Shown: positions 18,273-27,531 of the stretch, piece after piece
Layout of the letters: every line of letters starts with the position of its first letter
How positions within the stretch are numbered: position 1 is the first letter of the stretch
IMG/VR virus record: IMGVR_UViG_3300005077_000021
Location: 1 to 58,029 of that record
Length of the DNA: 58,029 nucleotides
DNA from: a virus
Taxonomy: Duplodnaviria > Caudoviricetes
Direction: 5' to 3' (one strand)
Translations under genes and position numbers: made by a program
Notes under the pieces: generated by a model
The model's database searches: none
Told to the model about the DNA's origin: nothing
The model's input: only the letters and a program-made list of their open reading frames with translations

Positions 18273-18545
18273 ATGCGGGTGGAACAGTGGGTGGAGTTCT
18301 CCTGTCATATGGAGAACTACATTTCCGAGAGAACCCTGGCGAAGTACACGGTGGGGAGCATCGATTTCATGGGGTTGATCGACCGGTTCGGTTACACGAG
18401 GGTTGTGGCCGCTGCGTTGATTCTCAAGTACACCATTCGAATCTTGAACGGGAAGCAGAAGGAACATGATCTAGAGAAGATCGTTCATTATGCCCAAATT
18501 CTTTGGAGCAGTGGAAATGAGAAGAGGGAGATTGAGGTGTTGTAG
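18273..18545 (+). CDS. DUF3310-like small protein
   Basis: ILKYTIR...KEHDLEKIVHYAQ pattern. Confidence 0.45.
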   Translation: MRVEQWVEFSCHMENYISERTLAKYTVGSIDFMGLIDRFGYTRVVAAALILKYTIRILNGKQKEHDLEKIVHYAQILWSSGNEKREIEVL

Positions 18546-18609
18546 AGGATCTATTCCCCATCCGGTCCTCCCCTTTCTTCCTGGGGAGGAACGGAAGGAG
18601 GAGCCGACC

Positions 18610-18915
18610 GTGGTGATCTCCAAAGGGCAGGCCAACACCCTCCTCCGGAAAATGTACCTCGCATTGAAAGGTGGGGAGGTCAAGCCCCGCCTCAAGAAGA
18701 TCCAGACCCAGCATCTGGGGTACTGCTATTTCAATGGGGAAATCGAGGTCGATCCTCTTCAAGCCCCCATCCAAACCTTTATCCACGAGCTTCTTCATTT
18801 CGTGATCGGGAGCACTGACGAGGGGTTGATTGAGAAGTTGGAGGATTCCCTTTGTCACCACTTGACCGAACGGCAATTGAGAAACCTTTGGATCGCGATA
18901 GGCAATGCTCTATAG
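18610..18915 (+). CDS. Minimal zincin-like (HExxH) protein
   Basis: LGYC...IEVDP...TFIHELLH; AAGGAGGAG RBS before GTG 18610. Confidence 0.6.
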   Translation: MVISKGQANTLLRKMYLALKGGEVKPRLKKIQTQHLGYCYFNGEIEVDPLQAPIQTFIHELLHFVIGSTDEGLIEKLEDSLCHHLTERQLRNLWIAIGNAL

Positions 18916-18923
18916 GGGAGGGA

Positions 18924-19202
18924 ATGGTGATGAACTGGCTTTTTGAACGGATCTCCCATCTCATTCTGTCTATGCTGCTTTGGGTCGGTGTTGGTCTTGC
19001 CGCCATCCTGTTGGCAACCATCCTGATCGGGTGTTCCTCCTGGTGCCACCCTTACAAGGGGGCATCGGACTTCGAGCAGGACCAGCACATTTGCGATGGC
19101 CTGGCCATGATGCAATCCGGTGGGAATGGGTTCATCTACGGGTCTCAATTCAGCCGATGTATGAAGAATCGGGGGTGGGGACATGAATGCCGGGAGAAGT
19201 GA
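18924..19202 (+). CDS. Putative lipoprotein
   Basis: Hydrophobic stretch with ILIG|C; DFEQDQHIC...FSRCMKNRGW. Confidence 0.55.
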   Translation: MVMNWLFERISHLILSMLLWVGVGLAAILLATILIGCSSWCHPYKGASDFEQDQHICDGLAMMQSGGNGFIYGSQFSRCMKNRGWGHECREK

Positions 19203-19334
19203 ACAGCCACCGCGGCAGGAGGTGAAGATCGGGCTTCCGTGGGCGATCTTCAGGGAGAGACCCTTTTTCAAGGAGGGGAAGCATGTGATTGTCGGAAGAA
19301 GGATTCATCCAATCCCATCCAGGAGACGACGAAG

Positions 19335-19520
19335 ATGACCGAATCCCAGCAGCTGGAGTTTCTCAAGAAGATGTACAAAGCGGCATTCGAGTTGAACAAG
19401 CTCCTATCCAGCGAGAACATCCAGCTTCGTCTGCGGGTGAGAAGGTTGGAGCGGGAACTGTTGCTCAGGAAGAAGAAGAAGAGCAGGAACCTCTGGAACC
19501 GAATTTGGGGGAAGGGATGA
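19335..19520 (+). CDS. Hypothetical coiled-coil protein
   Basis: AGGAG RBS, ATGA coupling with the next gene. Confidence 0.5.
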   Translation: MTESQQLEFLKKMYKAAFELNKLLSSENIQLRLRVRRLERELLLRKKKKSRNLWNRIWGKG

Positions 19521-19921
19521 ACAGGTATCGGAAAATCGAAATAGGGAATGATCAGGTGGTTTTCTCCGACCGGGATGATCCGCGAGTTTGTTCTTCTTCT
19601 TGTCCGTTTCTGATTTCCGAGAAGAGCCACGGTAGTGAAGGGATCTCCTTCCGGTTCCATTGCATCCTCGAAGGAACCCGGGAGAGGCTCCTGCCGGACT
19701 TCAACAACATCACACGGGCCCTGCGGTGGGAGGAATGCCTGAAGAGGGAGGCTTTCTTCAACATCGATACCCTGGGCCGGGAGATGGATTCCCCCGAATG
19801 GGAGTTCCGTCGGACTCACTCCGCCTCCTTCCTTCTTCACGAAGTCAGGAGGAAGATTCAGGAACTGGAACAAAGGATTTGCGAGTTGGAGATCCTCACC
19901 GACAGGAAGGAGAAACCATGA
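19517..19921 (+). CDS. Hypothetical protein
   Basis: ATGA coupling on both sides; CSSSCPFL..C..C. Confidence 0.55.
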   Translation: MNRYRKIEIGNDQVVFSDRDDPRVCSSSCPFLISEKSHGSEGISFRFHCILEGTRERLLPDFNNITRALRWEECLKREAFFNIDTLGREMDSPEWEFRRTHSASFLLHEVRRKIQELEQRICELEILTDRKEKP

Positions 19922-20172
19922 CGGAGAAGAAACCGATCCCGGTGGACCCACCCCCACCCGAGCGCTGCAGGCAAATCTTTCGCACGAGCCCGAACTCCCC
20001 ATTCATCCGATGTCAGAACCCCGCCTGGAGGGATGGCTTCTGCCCGAAACACCACCACGACCCGATAACGGAACTGGTCACCATCATCGGGGAGATCCGC
20101 ACGGAACTGGTCCAGATCCAGGCCGACCTCTACCGACTGAAGCAGTGGTACATCACCAATCAACCGAAGTGA
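19918..20172 (+). CDS. Small zinc-finger protein
   Basis: RC...RCQNPA..DGFCPKHH. Confidence 0.55.
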   Translation: MTEKKPIPVDPPPPERCRQIFRTSPNSPFIRCQNPAWRDGFCPKHHHDPITELVTIIGEIRTELVQIQADLYRLKQWYITNQPK

Positions 20173-20190
20173 AAAGGGGAGGAAGAAACC

Positions 20191-20385
20191 ATGACCACGG
20201 AGAAGAACGAAGAGAGGAAGGACAACCGCCGCTTCGCCAAGGAGGATCTCCCAGGCATCATCCGGGGGGCCAGATTCCCCCATGAGAAACAGGATCAGTG
20301 GATCGGCAGGATCACCAAACGACAGGCTTCAAAGTTCCGGAACAACAAGGGAGCCATCTACAAGGGAATCCACCACCTCGACTGA
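20191..20385 (+). CDS. Hypothetical protein
   Basis: GGAGG RBS, ATG. Confidence 0.55.
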   Translation: MTTEKNEERKDNRRFAKEDLPGIIRGARFPHEKQDQWIGRITKRQASKFRNNKGAIYKGIHHLD

Positions 20386-20400
20386 AAAGGAAAACCCAGA

Positions 20401-20691
20401 ATGAGGAAGAAGCTGATCTCGATGATCTCCCACCTCCTGGAATCCCCAGGAAAGAAGAAGAAGGGAAGAGGCAAACTCCTATCCGAGCTTGAATCCATCC
20501 TTGATGGAATGGTGGGGGTTCCCCTGGAAAGCCTGGATCTGAATCAGGTAGGGGTGTACCTCCCCCTACCCAAGTATCTGGAGATCCTCCTCTCGATGGG
20601 GTGGAGCATGGAAGGATGGGCCAGGAGGAACGCGGAGACCCTGAAGCGGGAGAAGTGGAATGTGGGCCGGTTCCTCCACCCGATCCAGTGA
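20401..20691 (+). CDS. Hypothetical protein
   Basis: AAGGA RBS, ATG; last gene before a long intergenic region. Confidence 0.5.
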   Translation: MRKKLISMISHLLESPGKKKKGRGKLLSELESILDGMVGVPLESLDLNQVGVYLPLPKYLEILLSMGWSMEGWARRNAETLKREKWNVGRFLHPIQ

Positions 20692-20740
20692 TAGTGATGG
20701 AACGGTAACTAGCATAGCAGCAAGGAAGGGGAGAAAGGAT

Positions 20741-20774
20741 TCCCTTGTCAAGGGATCCACACCCACCGTATATT
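20741..20774 (+). promoter_or_regulatory. Candidate sigma70-type promoter with overlapping palindrome
   Basis: TTGTCA (20745-50), 18 nt, TATATT (20769-74); palindrome TCCCTTG-T-CAAGGGA (20741-55) over the -35 box. Confidence 0.35.
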
Positions 20775-21144
20775 GGTGATGGGAAGTGTGGTGGAAGTGG
20801 TGGAGAGGACGACAGACAGACAGAAAGGGGTGGATGGGGAGCGCGGGAGTGTGAAGGGGAGAAGGGATGGAAGAGGGGGGAAATCGAAAGCCGGCGGAGC
20901 CCAGGAACAAACAGGGTGTCATGAACGAGAGGTCTTTGTCGGGAATGATAAGCGGGATGGGGAAAGGGGATGGGAAGGGGGCAGAACTAGTGGCGTACGT
21001 GCAGACTATTTGCGCAGACAGCGGTACGAGGCCGAGGGTTCCCACCCCTCCCAGGAACCCCCCGGACCCATCCCCGGAACCTCATCCGTCACCCCCCTTT
21101 GGGGGGCTTGTAGGTGATGTTCGTTGATTTACAAGGAGAATTAG

Positions 21145-21561
21145 ATGGCCATGCGATGTGATCGACAGCAGAAAACGTACACGGATGAGGACCGGGAGAC
21201 CTTCCTGCTTCTCCTGGAACAGGAGAATGGGAGCCTCACCAGGGCGATGCAGAGGATGGATCCCCCCATCCAATCCCACCAGACCATCCGAGACTGGAGG
21301 GATGCCTATCCCTGGTTCAGTGAAGGAATCAGGCAGATCACCCGTGTCATCTTCGATGACATCGAAGCGAATGTGTTCTCCAGGGCCCGGAAGGGGGAGC
21401 ACTTCCCAAGCGAGCGGTTCCTCCTGCTCAATCACCCCGAGGGGAGAAGGCGCGGGTACGTGAAGCGGTCCGAGTTGACCGGGAGGGATGGGCAAGACCT
21501 GTTCCAGAGCTTCGCGGATCTGGTGAGCGCCGAGGATCCCCAGGGATTGGGGGAGGAGTGA
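21145..21561 (+). CDS. terS: Terminase small subunit
   Basis: N-terminal HTH (GSLTRAM...QTIRDWR), DDIEANVF, FLLLNH...RGY..RSELTGRDG tail; upstream of terL. Confidence 0.75.
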   Translation: MAMRCDRQQKTYTDEDRETFLLLLEQENGSLTRAMQRMDPPIQSHQTIRDWRDAYPWFSEGIRQITRVIFDDIEANVFSRARKGEHFPSERFLLLNHPEGRRRGYVKRSELTGRDGQDLFQSFADLVSAEDPQGLGEE

Positions 21562-21920
21562 TCCCCCTTCCCTCCCCCCACGCCCCAGGGAGAACCCCTT
21601 CAAATGCCCCCTTTTTGTGCGCCAGGAACGGTTTTCCGGGGGGGCTGGCCCCCTCCGGTCCCCAGAATCCCCCAGGGTCAAGGGGGGGAAGCCCCCAGGC
21701 CCCCGGCTGGAACCCCCGTCCGGGGTCGGAATCCATCCCCATCCTGGGGGTCGCGTGCCGGGGGGGCTGCGGGGGAGGGGGGAGGGCGGCTGAGAAATCG
21801 TCGAGGCGGTGGGGGGGATTGAGTGCCCCCCCTCTCGATATACGGCACATATTTTCACCGGGGGGATCGATCCCCAGGAACCGGAACGAACCGGAACCCA
21901 GGTTCTTTTGAGGAGGAAGA

Positions 21921-23576
21921 ATGAGAACCACACCGCTGCCGGACAGGAAGAAGGAGGAGGAGATCCCCCCGTCACCGGATCCGCGGGTGGAGGGTTTCCG
22001 CAAATTGCGGGAAACCATGGCCGGGGAGGTGGACCCCAGGGAGAAGGCGAGGAGGCATCTTCAGAAGATGCAGGAGGATCCGCTCTTGTTCGTGAAGGAG
22101 TGGTTGTTCCTGAAGACGGAAAGCTGGGAGGATGATCTCCCCTCGGGGACGGGGAGGGTGGTGACCCCCCTTTGGACGAAGCAGATAGAGATCCTGCGGG
22201 CCCTGGTGGAGAAAAAGAAGGTTTGTGTGAAGAGCGGGCACGGGGTGGGGAAGACGTTCACCGCAGCCCTGGCCTCGATCATGATGTGTTACGTGTACAA
22301 GGCTATAGTCATCACCACCGCCCCCACGTTCCGGCAGGTCAAGCGGTTGTTGTGGGGGGAGATTCACAATATCTGGTACGGGGCCCAACATCGGTTGAAG
22401 GAGAAGGGGAGACCTCCCCTGGGTGGGGAGTTGCATCAAGTGGAGTTGAACATCTCACCGAAGTGGTACATGCTCGGGTTTTCGACCGATGATCCGAAGA
22501 ACGCCTTCCAGGGGTTCCATGAGGAACGGATCCTTCTGGTGATCGATGAGGCGTGTGGGGTGTCGAACGAATTGTATGAGAGCGCGGAGGGTATCCTCAC
22601 CAGCGAACATTCGTATGTCCTTCTGATCGGGAACCCTACGGACCCCACCTCGGAATTCGCAAACAAGTTTGAACCGGGGAGCGGGTACCACCCGATCACC
22701 ATCTCCTGTCTGGACTCCCCGAACGTGAAACATGGAAGGAACATCTATCCGAAACTGGTGGCGTGGGACTGGCCGGAGAGGATGAAAAAGAAGTGGGGGG
22801 AAGACTCCCCGATGTACCGAAGCCGGGTTCTGGCGGAGTTCCCCCAGGAGAGGATTGACACCCTGATTCCGTACTCCTATATCCAGGCGGCTCTGGATCG
22901 GGAACTCCCGGCGGAGAGCAAGGTCGTGAGTATCGGGGCGGACATAGCCAGGTATGGTGATGACAGCACCTGTATCGGGGTACGTCAGGCCAATGGGAGA
23001 TTCAGGATTCACGATTACTTTCAGGGGAAGCCCACCACGGATGTAGCGGGGAGGATTGTGGATCTCTGGCAGCGGCTGGTGTTGAAACCGAAGATGGTGG
23101 AGGAGGGGAATCTCCGGGAGCGGCTCCGGAAAATGCAGGCGGAGGGGAAGAGGGAGGAACAGGAGATCCCGGAGGCCCCGATCAACGTGGACGATATCGG
23201 GCTCGGTGGCGGGGTCACCGATCTTCTCCAGGAACAGGAGATCCCCTGCAATGGGGTCAATGTAGGAGAGAGCCCGGATTGGGATGTCCCCCCGGATGAG
23301 GAGGATCCGGACAAGTTTCTGAATCTGCGGGCTCAAGTGTATTGGAGGATGAGGATGGCCTTTGTGCGCGGGCTGGTGGATATCGACGACGAGGACTTGG
23401 CCAAGGAGTTGATAAAGCTCCGGTACGAGTTCACCTCCAGGGGCAAGATAAAGATCATGGCGAAGGATGATTTCAAGCGGGTGTATGGATTCTCCCCGGA
23501 CAAGGCCGACTCGATGATGCTGGCCTGGGCGAAAACGGAAAGTCAGAACACCCGGGATGTGGCCCGGTGGTTGTGA
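21921..23576 (+). CDS. terL: Terminase large subunit
   Basis: Walker A KSGHGVGKT, Walker B LVIDEA, IGNP, nuclease GADIARYGDD, SPDKADS. Confidence 0.95.
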   Translation: MRTTPLPDRKKEEEIPPSPDPRVEGFRKLRETMAGEVDPREKARRHLQKMQEDPLLFVKEWLFLKTESWEDDLPSGTGRVVTPLWTKQIEILRALVEKKKVCVKSGHGVGKTFTAALASIMMCYVYKAIVITTAPTFRQVKRLLWGEIHNIWYGAQHRLKEKGRPPLGGELHQVELNISPKWYMLGFSTDDPKNAFQGFHEERILLVIDEACGVSNELYESAEGILTSEHSYVLLIGNPTDPTSEFANKFEPGSGYHPITISCLDSPNVKHGRNIYPKLVAWDWPERMKKKWGEDSPMYRSRVLAEFPQERIDTLIPYSYIQAALDRELPAESKVVSIGADIARYGDDSTCIGVRQANGRFRIHDYFQGKPTTDVAGRIVDLWQRLVLKPKMVEEGNLRERLRKMQAEGKREEQEIPEAPINVDDIGLGGGVTDLLQEQEIPCNGVNVGESPDWDVPPDEEDPDKFLNLRAQVYWRMRMAFVRGLVDIDDEDLAKELIKLRYEFTSRGKIKIMAKDDFKRVYGFSPDKADSMMLAWAKTESQNTRDVARWL

Positions 23577-23594
23577 GGTAGGAAGGAGGGGGAA

Positions 23595-23852
23595 ATGGAC
23601 ACATTGATGGTAATGGTTGGGGTGGTCCTGGCTGTTGTAGTATATTGGACGGGGAAGATCCTGATGGTTGGAAGGATCATCAAGTTTGCGGAAAAGGGGA
23701 TTGATTCCGTGGAACGGCTGATCTCTTTGGAAAGGAAGAACCAGCGGGAGAAGATCAAGATTACAACGAAGGCGATTGGAAATCTTTTGATTGAAACAAT
23801 CGACTCCATGTTCGTGGAGGAGGATGCCGAGGAAGAAAAAGATCCTGGGTGA
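23595..23852 (+). CDS. Small membrane-anchored protein
   Basis: N-terminal TM helix; AAGGAGG RBS. Confidence 0.55.
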   Translation: MDTLMVMVGVVLAVVVYWTGKILMVGRIIKFAEKGIDSVERLISLERKNQREKIKITTKAIGNLLIETIDSMFVEEDAEEEKDPG

Positions 23853-23911
23853 TCCCCTCCGCGGTGGAGGGGATCCTGCCCGGTGGGATCATCATTACCA
23901 AATAGGAGGTA

Positions 23912-26900
23912 ATGAAATTGGCGACCAGATTTCAAAAACTCGTGAGTGGGCTGGCAGTCACCAAGTCCGGGTGGGAGTCGGTTTTCACCAAGAACCTGGA
24001 AAGTCAGGTGACCGGGGGTGATGTAGCAAAGAAGCCGTACAGTAACTCGGATATCGTGTACGTGTGTATCTCCACCTCCGCTCGTGCCGTAGCCCAGGTT
24101 CCCATGGTAGTGATGACCGCCGATGGGGAACGCCGTGCCCCGGTCCCACCGGATGATCCCTGGCAGCGGCTCTTCCGCAAACCGAATCCGAATCAAGACC
24201 CCTATCGCTTCGTGGAATCCATCATCTCTCACTACATGCTGGATGGGAATGTATGGATTTATCCATTCCCGGAGGATGCCCCGGTCCCTCTTGCGTTGTA
24301 CGTGGTTCAGCAGCGGTTCATGGAACCGGTCCTGGAGAAGGAGACCGGGCAGCTGCTCGCCTGGAAGTATTCCCCAGGGGGGAAGAAGGCGGGTTCGTTT
24401 CTCCTGAAGCCTGAACGCACCATCCACCTTGCCACGTTCAATCCATATGATCCCATCCTGGGACAGAAGCCCCTGGAGGCCGGCGGGATCTTCGTGAGGA
24501 CCGATCACAAGGCGGCTTCTTACAATGAGAAGTTTTTTGACAATGCGGCCGTTCCGGCCGGGGTGATCTCCGCCCCGGAGAAGGTGTCCCTGTCGGATCC
24601 TCAATTCGACCGTCTCCAGGAACGGGTTGAAGCGATGCATCGTGGGTACAAGAAGGCCCACCGAATGCTCTATCTGGAGAGGGGTCTCCAGTTCACGCAG
24701 CTTGGACTTTCTCAGAAGGATATGGATTACCCGGGCCTTCGGAGGATGAGCCGCGGTTCAATCATGCAGTGTCTGGGGATGAAGCGGGCCATCATCGGTG
24801 AGACCGAAGATGTGAACTACTCCACGAACAAGGAACAGCGGAAAGAATGGTGGGAGACCACTCTTCTCCCGATGATGACCATGCTCACGTGGGGGATCAA
24901 TCACCGGCTGCTCTCGGATCCTGCAGAGGTGAAGAGCGGGATGAAGTATGCCTCCTTTGATCTTTCAGTTGTGTCCGCTCTGAAGGAGGACATGAGCGCG
25001 AAGGTCGAGACCGGGCAGAAGCTCTGGAACATGGGGTTCACCGCCAATGAGATCAATCAAAAACTGGAACTCGGGTTCAAGGAACAGCCGTGGAGAGACC
25101 GGTGGTGGGCACAGATGAATCTAGTTCCAATCGGCGCGGACAGTGATCTTGCCCAGCCCCTCACCCCGCAGGGGATGGGGGGAGGAATGTTGTCCGTTTC
25201 AGATGGGGTGAAGAAGGAGGAGGACGAGCCTGTCGAAGAGGAGGATTTTCAGGAAGAGGTTCACGAGACCGGGAAATCCATTTCAATGGAACCGATTCCG
25301 GATTCCCTTCCGGTGTGGGAACGTCATGGCATGGCGGCATGGAAGGGGCTTGTGGTGAAGACCCTTCCGGTAGAGGATCAGTTCAAGAGCAAGCTTCGCA
25401 GGAGTTTCTACGACATGCGGAAACGCTCCATGAAACTCCTCCGGGACTACGGGAACATCTCCGGGCTGATGAATGAGCATTTTGATCGGGAGAAGAAGGA
25501 TCTCGTGAAGTGGACCCGACCATTGTACGTGAAGGCTGTTCGTATCGGGGTGGAATCCGGGGCGGATAGTGTTGGAGCCGCCGTGAAGGCTCTCGGTTTG
25601 GAGAAGGGCCGTGGCGAGATGGTGGTGGATGTTGACTTCATGATGGAAGCCGACCCGAAACTTCTTGCTTACATCGAGAGCAAGATGAGTAAGATCACCG
25701 GGCTAGCAGAGACCGTGAAGAGACATATTCACACCCAGCTATCCGATGGGGTGAAGAGCGGGGAGAGCATCGACCAATTGTCGGAACGTATTCGGTCGGT
25801 GTATTCAATGGCTTCCACCAGGGCGAAGACCATTGCCAGAACTGAAGTGGTGGGTGCTTCGAATATGGGTAGGAGCGAGGTTCTCACCCAGAGTGGGTTC
25901 ACAAAAAAGATATGGTACACGGCACTGGATGAACGGGTGAGGGATTCCCACGCGAAGATGCATGGGGAGAGCGTCGATATGAAAGACGCCTGGGCCCTTC
26001 CTGGTGGTGGGTCCGTCCGATACCCGGGAGATTATGGTGCTGGGCTTCCGGCAGAGACGATCAACTGCAGATGTATTGAACAGCCGGATCTTACTTCTGT
26101 TCGGGGTGGGACCGGGGGTGGTGGAGGCGGTGGGACCGGAACCGGAACCCCGAAACCACCAGCCCCACCGCCTCCAGCAATGGCTCCATCTACCGGGGTG
26201 GAGCCGAAGGAACTCACGGAACGGCTGCAACAGATATCAGAGAGAATGCAGAAAGCCTCCTCGGTGAAGGCGGTGATTTCCGAGATGGACACCTACATGA
26301 AAGAAGGTCTTGGGATGTCCATTGCAGATTCTTCCGGATTGGATAATGCGCGGGGGTTCGTTGAGGATGCTGTCCAAAATGGTAGGAGCCGGGGTGGTGG
26401 TAATGTTTCATTGCGCACCCCCCAGGAAGTGGAGGCCTTCCATCTTTTGCAGGTGAAAGAGATTGCGCGGCAATTGGGGGAAAGCACTCCGGAACAAAGG
26501 CAGTTCCTCAGAAAATTGAAGAAGGAGAGCAGAGTAGATCAGATCGTCTTTTTTGATAAGTCTTACAGTGGGGCGGACTGGTGGCGATATTGGGATCCTA
26601 ATCTTCCCGATGCAAATAGACCACCTGCCGGGTGGTACTGGATGAATAACAGCAATAGAGACTGCCGGAAAATTAACCTTAGTCCAATGCTCCATTGGCA
26701 GCAAAAAACTTTTAATAAGGGGCGTGCCTCTGGGTTAATGAACACTCTGATTCATGAGGCCGGGCATGGTTTGAACTGGAGGCATCATTTTCAGATGGGG
26801 AAGCAATCGGCTCTTCTTTCCAAGGAGGGGGATGAGAAAAGAACCTTCTATATGAAAGCCTTCAAATTGAAGAACCGCAGCCATCCTTGGAGTTATAAAA

Positions 26901-27154
26901 CCAGCACTCCTTTGTATCGGAAGGCAGTGCACGATCTCATGACCTTCACCGACTATGGGGCAACCGATCCACTGGAAGACTTCGCCGAGATGTTCAAGCT
27001 TCGGATGAATTATCCAGTGAGATTCCAGAGTCTGGTCTCAAACCAACGGCAGATCCTCTATAGGATAGAGGGGTACAAGAATCAGAAAATCATGGAGGAC
27101 TTTGACTGGAGAGTAGATTTCATAAACCGCACGGTGGAGGAGTGGACAAAATGA
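23912..27154 (+). CDS. HK97-family portal fused to MuF (SPP1 gp7-like) domain and C-terminal HExxH zincin-like domain
   Basis: Portal: VYVCIS..ARAVAQVP, KPNPNQ, LDGNVW, FFDNAAVPAGVI, FTANEI. MuF: RAKTIARTE, WYTALDERVRDSH, ETINCRC. Then Gly/Pro linker and LIHEAGHGL...YGATDPLEDFAE. Confidence 0.9.
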   Translation: MKLATRFQKLVSGLAVTKSGWESVFTKNLESQVTGGDVAKKPYSNSDIVYVCISTSARAVAQVPMVVMTADGERRAPVPPDDPWQRLFRKPNPNQDPYRFVESIISHYMLDGNVWIYPFPEDAPVPLALYVVQQRFMEPVLEKETGQLLAWKYSPGGKKAGSFLLKPERTIHLATFNPYDPILGQKPLEAGGIFVRTDHKAASYNEKFFDNAAVPAGVISAPEKVSLSDPQFDRLQERVEAMHRGYKKAHRMLYLERGLQFTQLGLSQKDMDYPGLRRMSRGSIMQCLGMKRAIIGETEDVNYSTNKEQRKEWWETTLLPMMTMLTWGINHRLLSDPAEVKSGMKYASFDLSVVSALKEDMSAKVETGQKLWNMGFTANEINQKLELGFKEQPWRDRWWAQMNLVPIGADSDLAQPLTPQGMGGGMLSVSDGVKKEEDEPVEEEDFQEEVHETGKSISMEPIPDSLPVWERHGMAAWKGLVVKTLPVEDQFKSKLRRSFYDMRKRSMKLLRDYGNISGLMNEHFDREKKDLVKWTRPLYVKAVRIGVESGADSVGAAVKALGLEKGRGEMVVDVDFMMEADPKLLAYIESKMSKITGLAETVKRHIHTQLSDGVKSGESIDQLSERIRSVYSMASTRAKTIARTEVVGASNMGRSEVLTQSGFTKKIWYTALDERVRDSHAKMHGESVDMKDAWALPGGGSVRYPGDYGAGLPAETINCRCIEQPDLTSVRGGTGGGGGGGTGTGTPKPPAPPPPAMAPSTGVEPKELTERLQQISERMQKASSVKAVISEMDTYMKEGLGMSIADSSGLDNARGFVEDAVQNGRSRGGGNVSLRTPQEVEAFHLLQVKEIARQLGESTPEQRQFLRKLKKESRVDQIVFFDKSYSGADWWRYWDPNLPDANRPPAGWYWMNNSNRDCRKINLSPMLHWQQKTFNKGRASGLMNTLIHEAGHGLNWRHHFQMGKQSALLSKEGDEKRTFYMKAFKLKNRSHPWSYKTSTPLYRKAVHDLMTFTDYGATDPLEDFAEMFKLRMNYPVRFQSLVSNQRQILYRIEGYKNQKIMEDFDWRVDFINRTVEEWTK

Positions 27155-27531
27155 ATTGGGCCGATTGGAAGGAGTTCACCATCATTCGTTTGGATGATGG
27201 ATCAACCATTGGAAAGCTCCATGTGGAGGATGATGATCTCACTCTGGTATGGAAGCCAAGGGCCCACGACTTCGAGAAGGACGGCTTCCAGACGTTGATC
27301 ACCCAGGGATTCGTCCGTCGTCTCGGAAGGTTGGATACACCCCCGGCAAAAGATGGTGAAGAAAGTGGTTTCATTATAGCGGAGATTGATGATAAAGTTG
27401 AACCAGGAACCAAGACTTTTGTGAGAGACTTGGCTATGTTTGTTAGAGAGCTTGGGTTTTTTCTACGACCGACCCTGACAGAGGAAGAAGAAAGGAGAGC
27501 CTACGATGGCACGCCCTCTTCTCGGAAGTGA
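27151..27531 (+). CDS. Hypothetical protein, candidate immunity partner of the MuF C-terminal domain
   Basis: ATGA overlap with the fusion stop; position typical of MuF toxin-immunity pairs. Confidence 0.55.
   Translation: MNWADWKEFTIIRLDDGSTIGKLHVEDDDLTLVWKPRAHDFEKDGFQTLITQGFVRRLGRLDTPPAKDGEESGFIIAEIDDKVEPGTKTFVRDLAMFVRELGFFLRPTLTEEEERRAYDGTPSSRK

Noticed and set aside
21558-21911. 117-aa ORF between terS and terL
   Set aside because: Pro/Gly-rich translation of homopolymer runs; more likely non-coding, although a GTGA overlap means it cannot be fully excluded.
23070-23180. Insertion in the TerL nuclease domain as a mini-intein
   Set aside because: Short charged helical loop without Cys/Ser start or His-Asn end.
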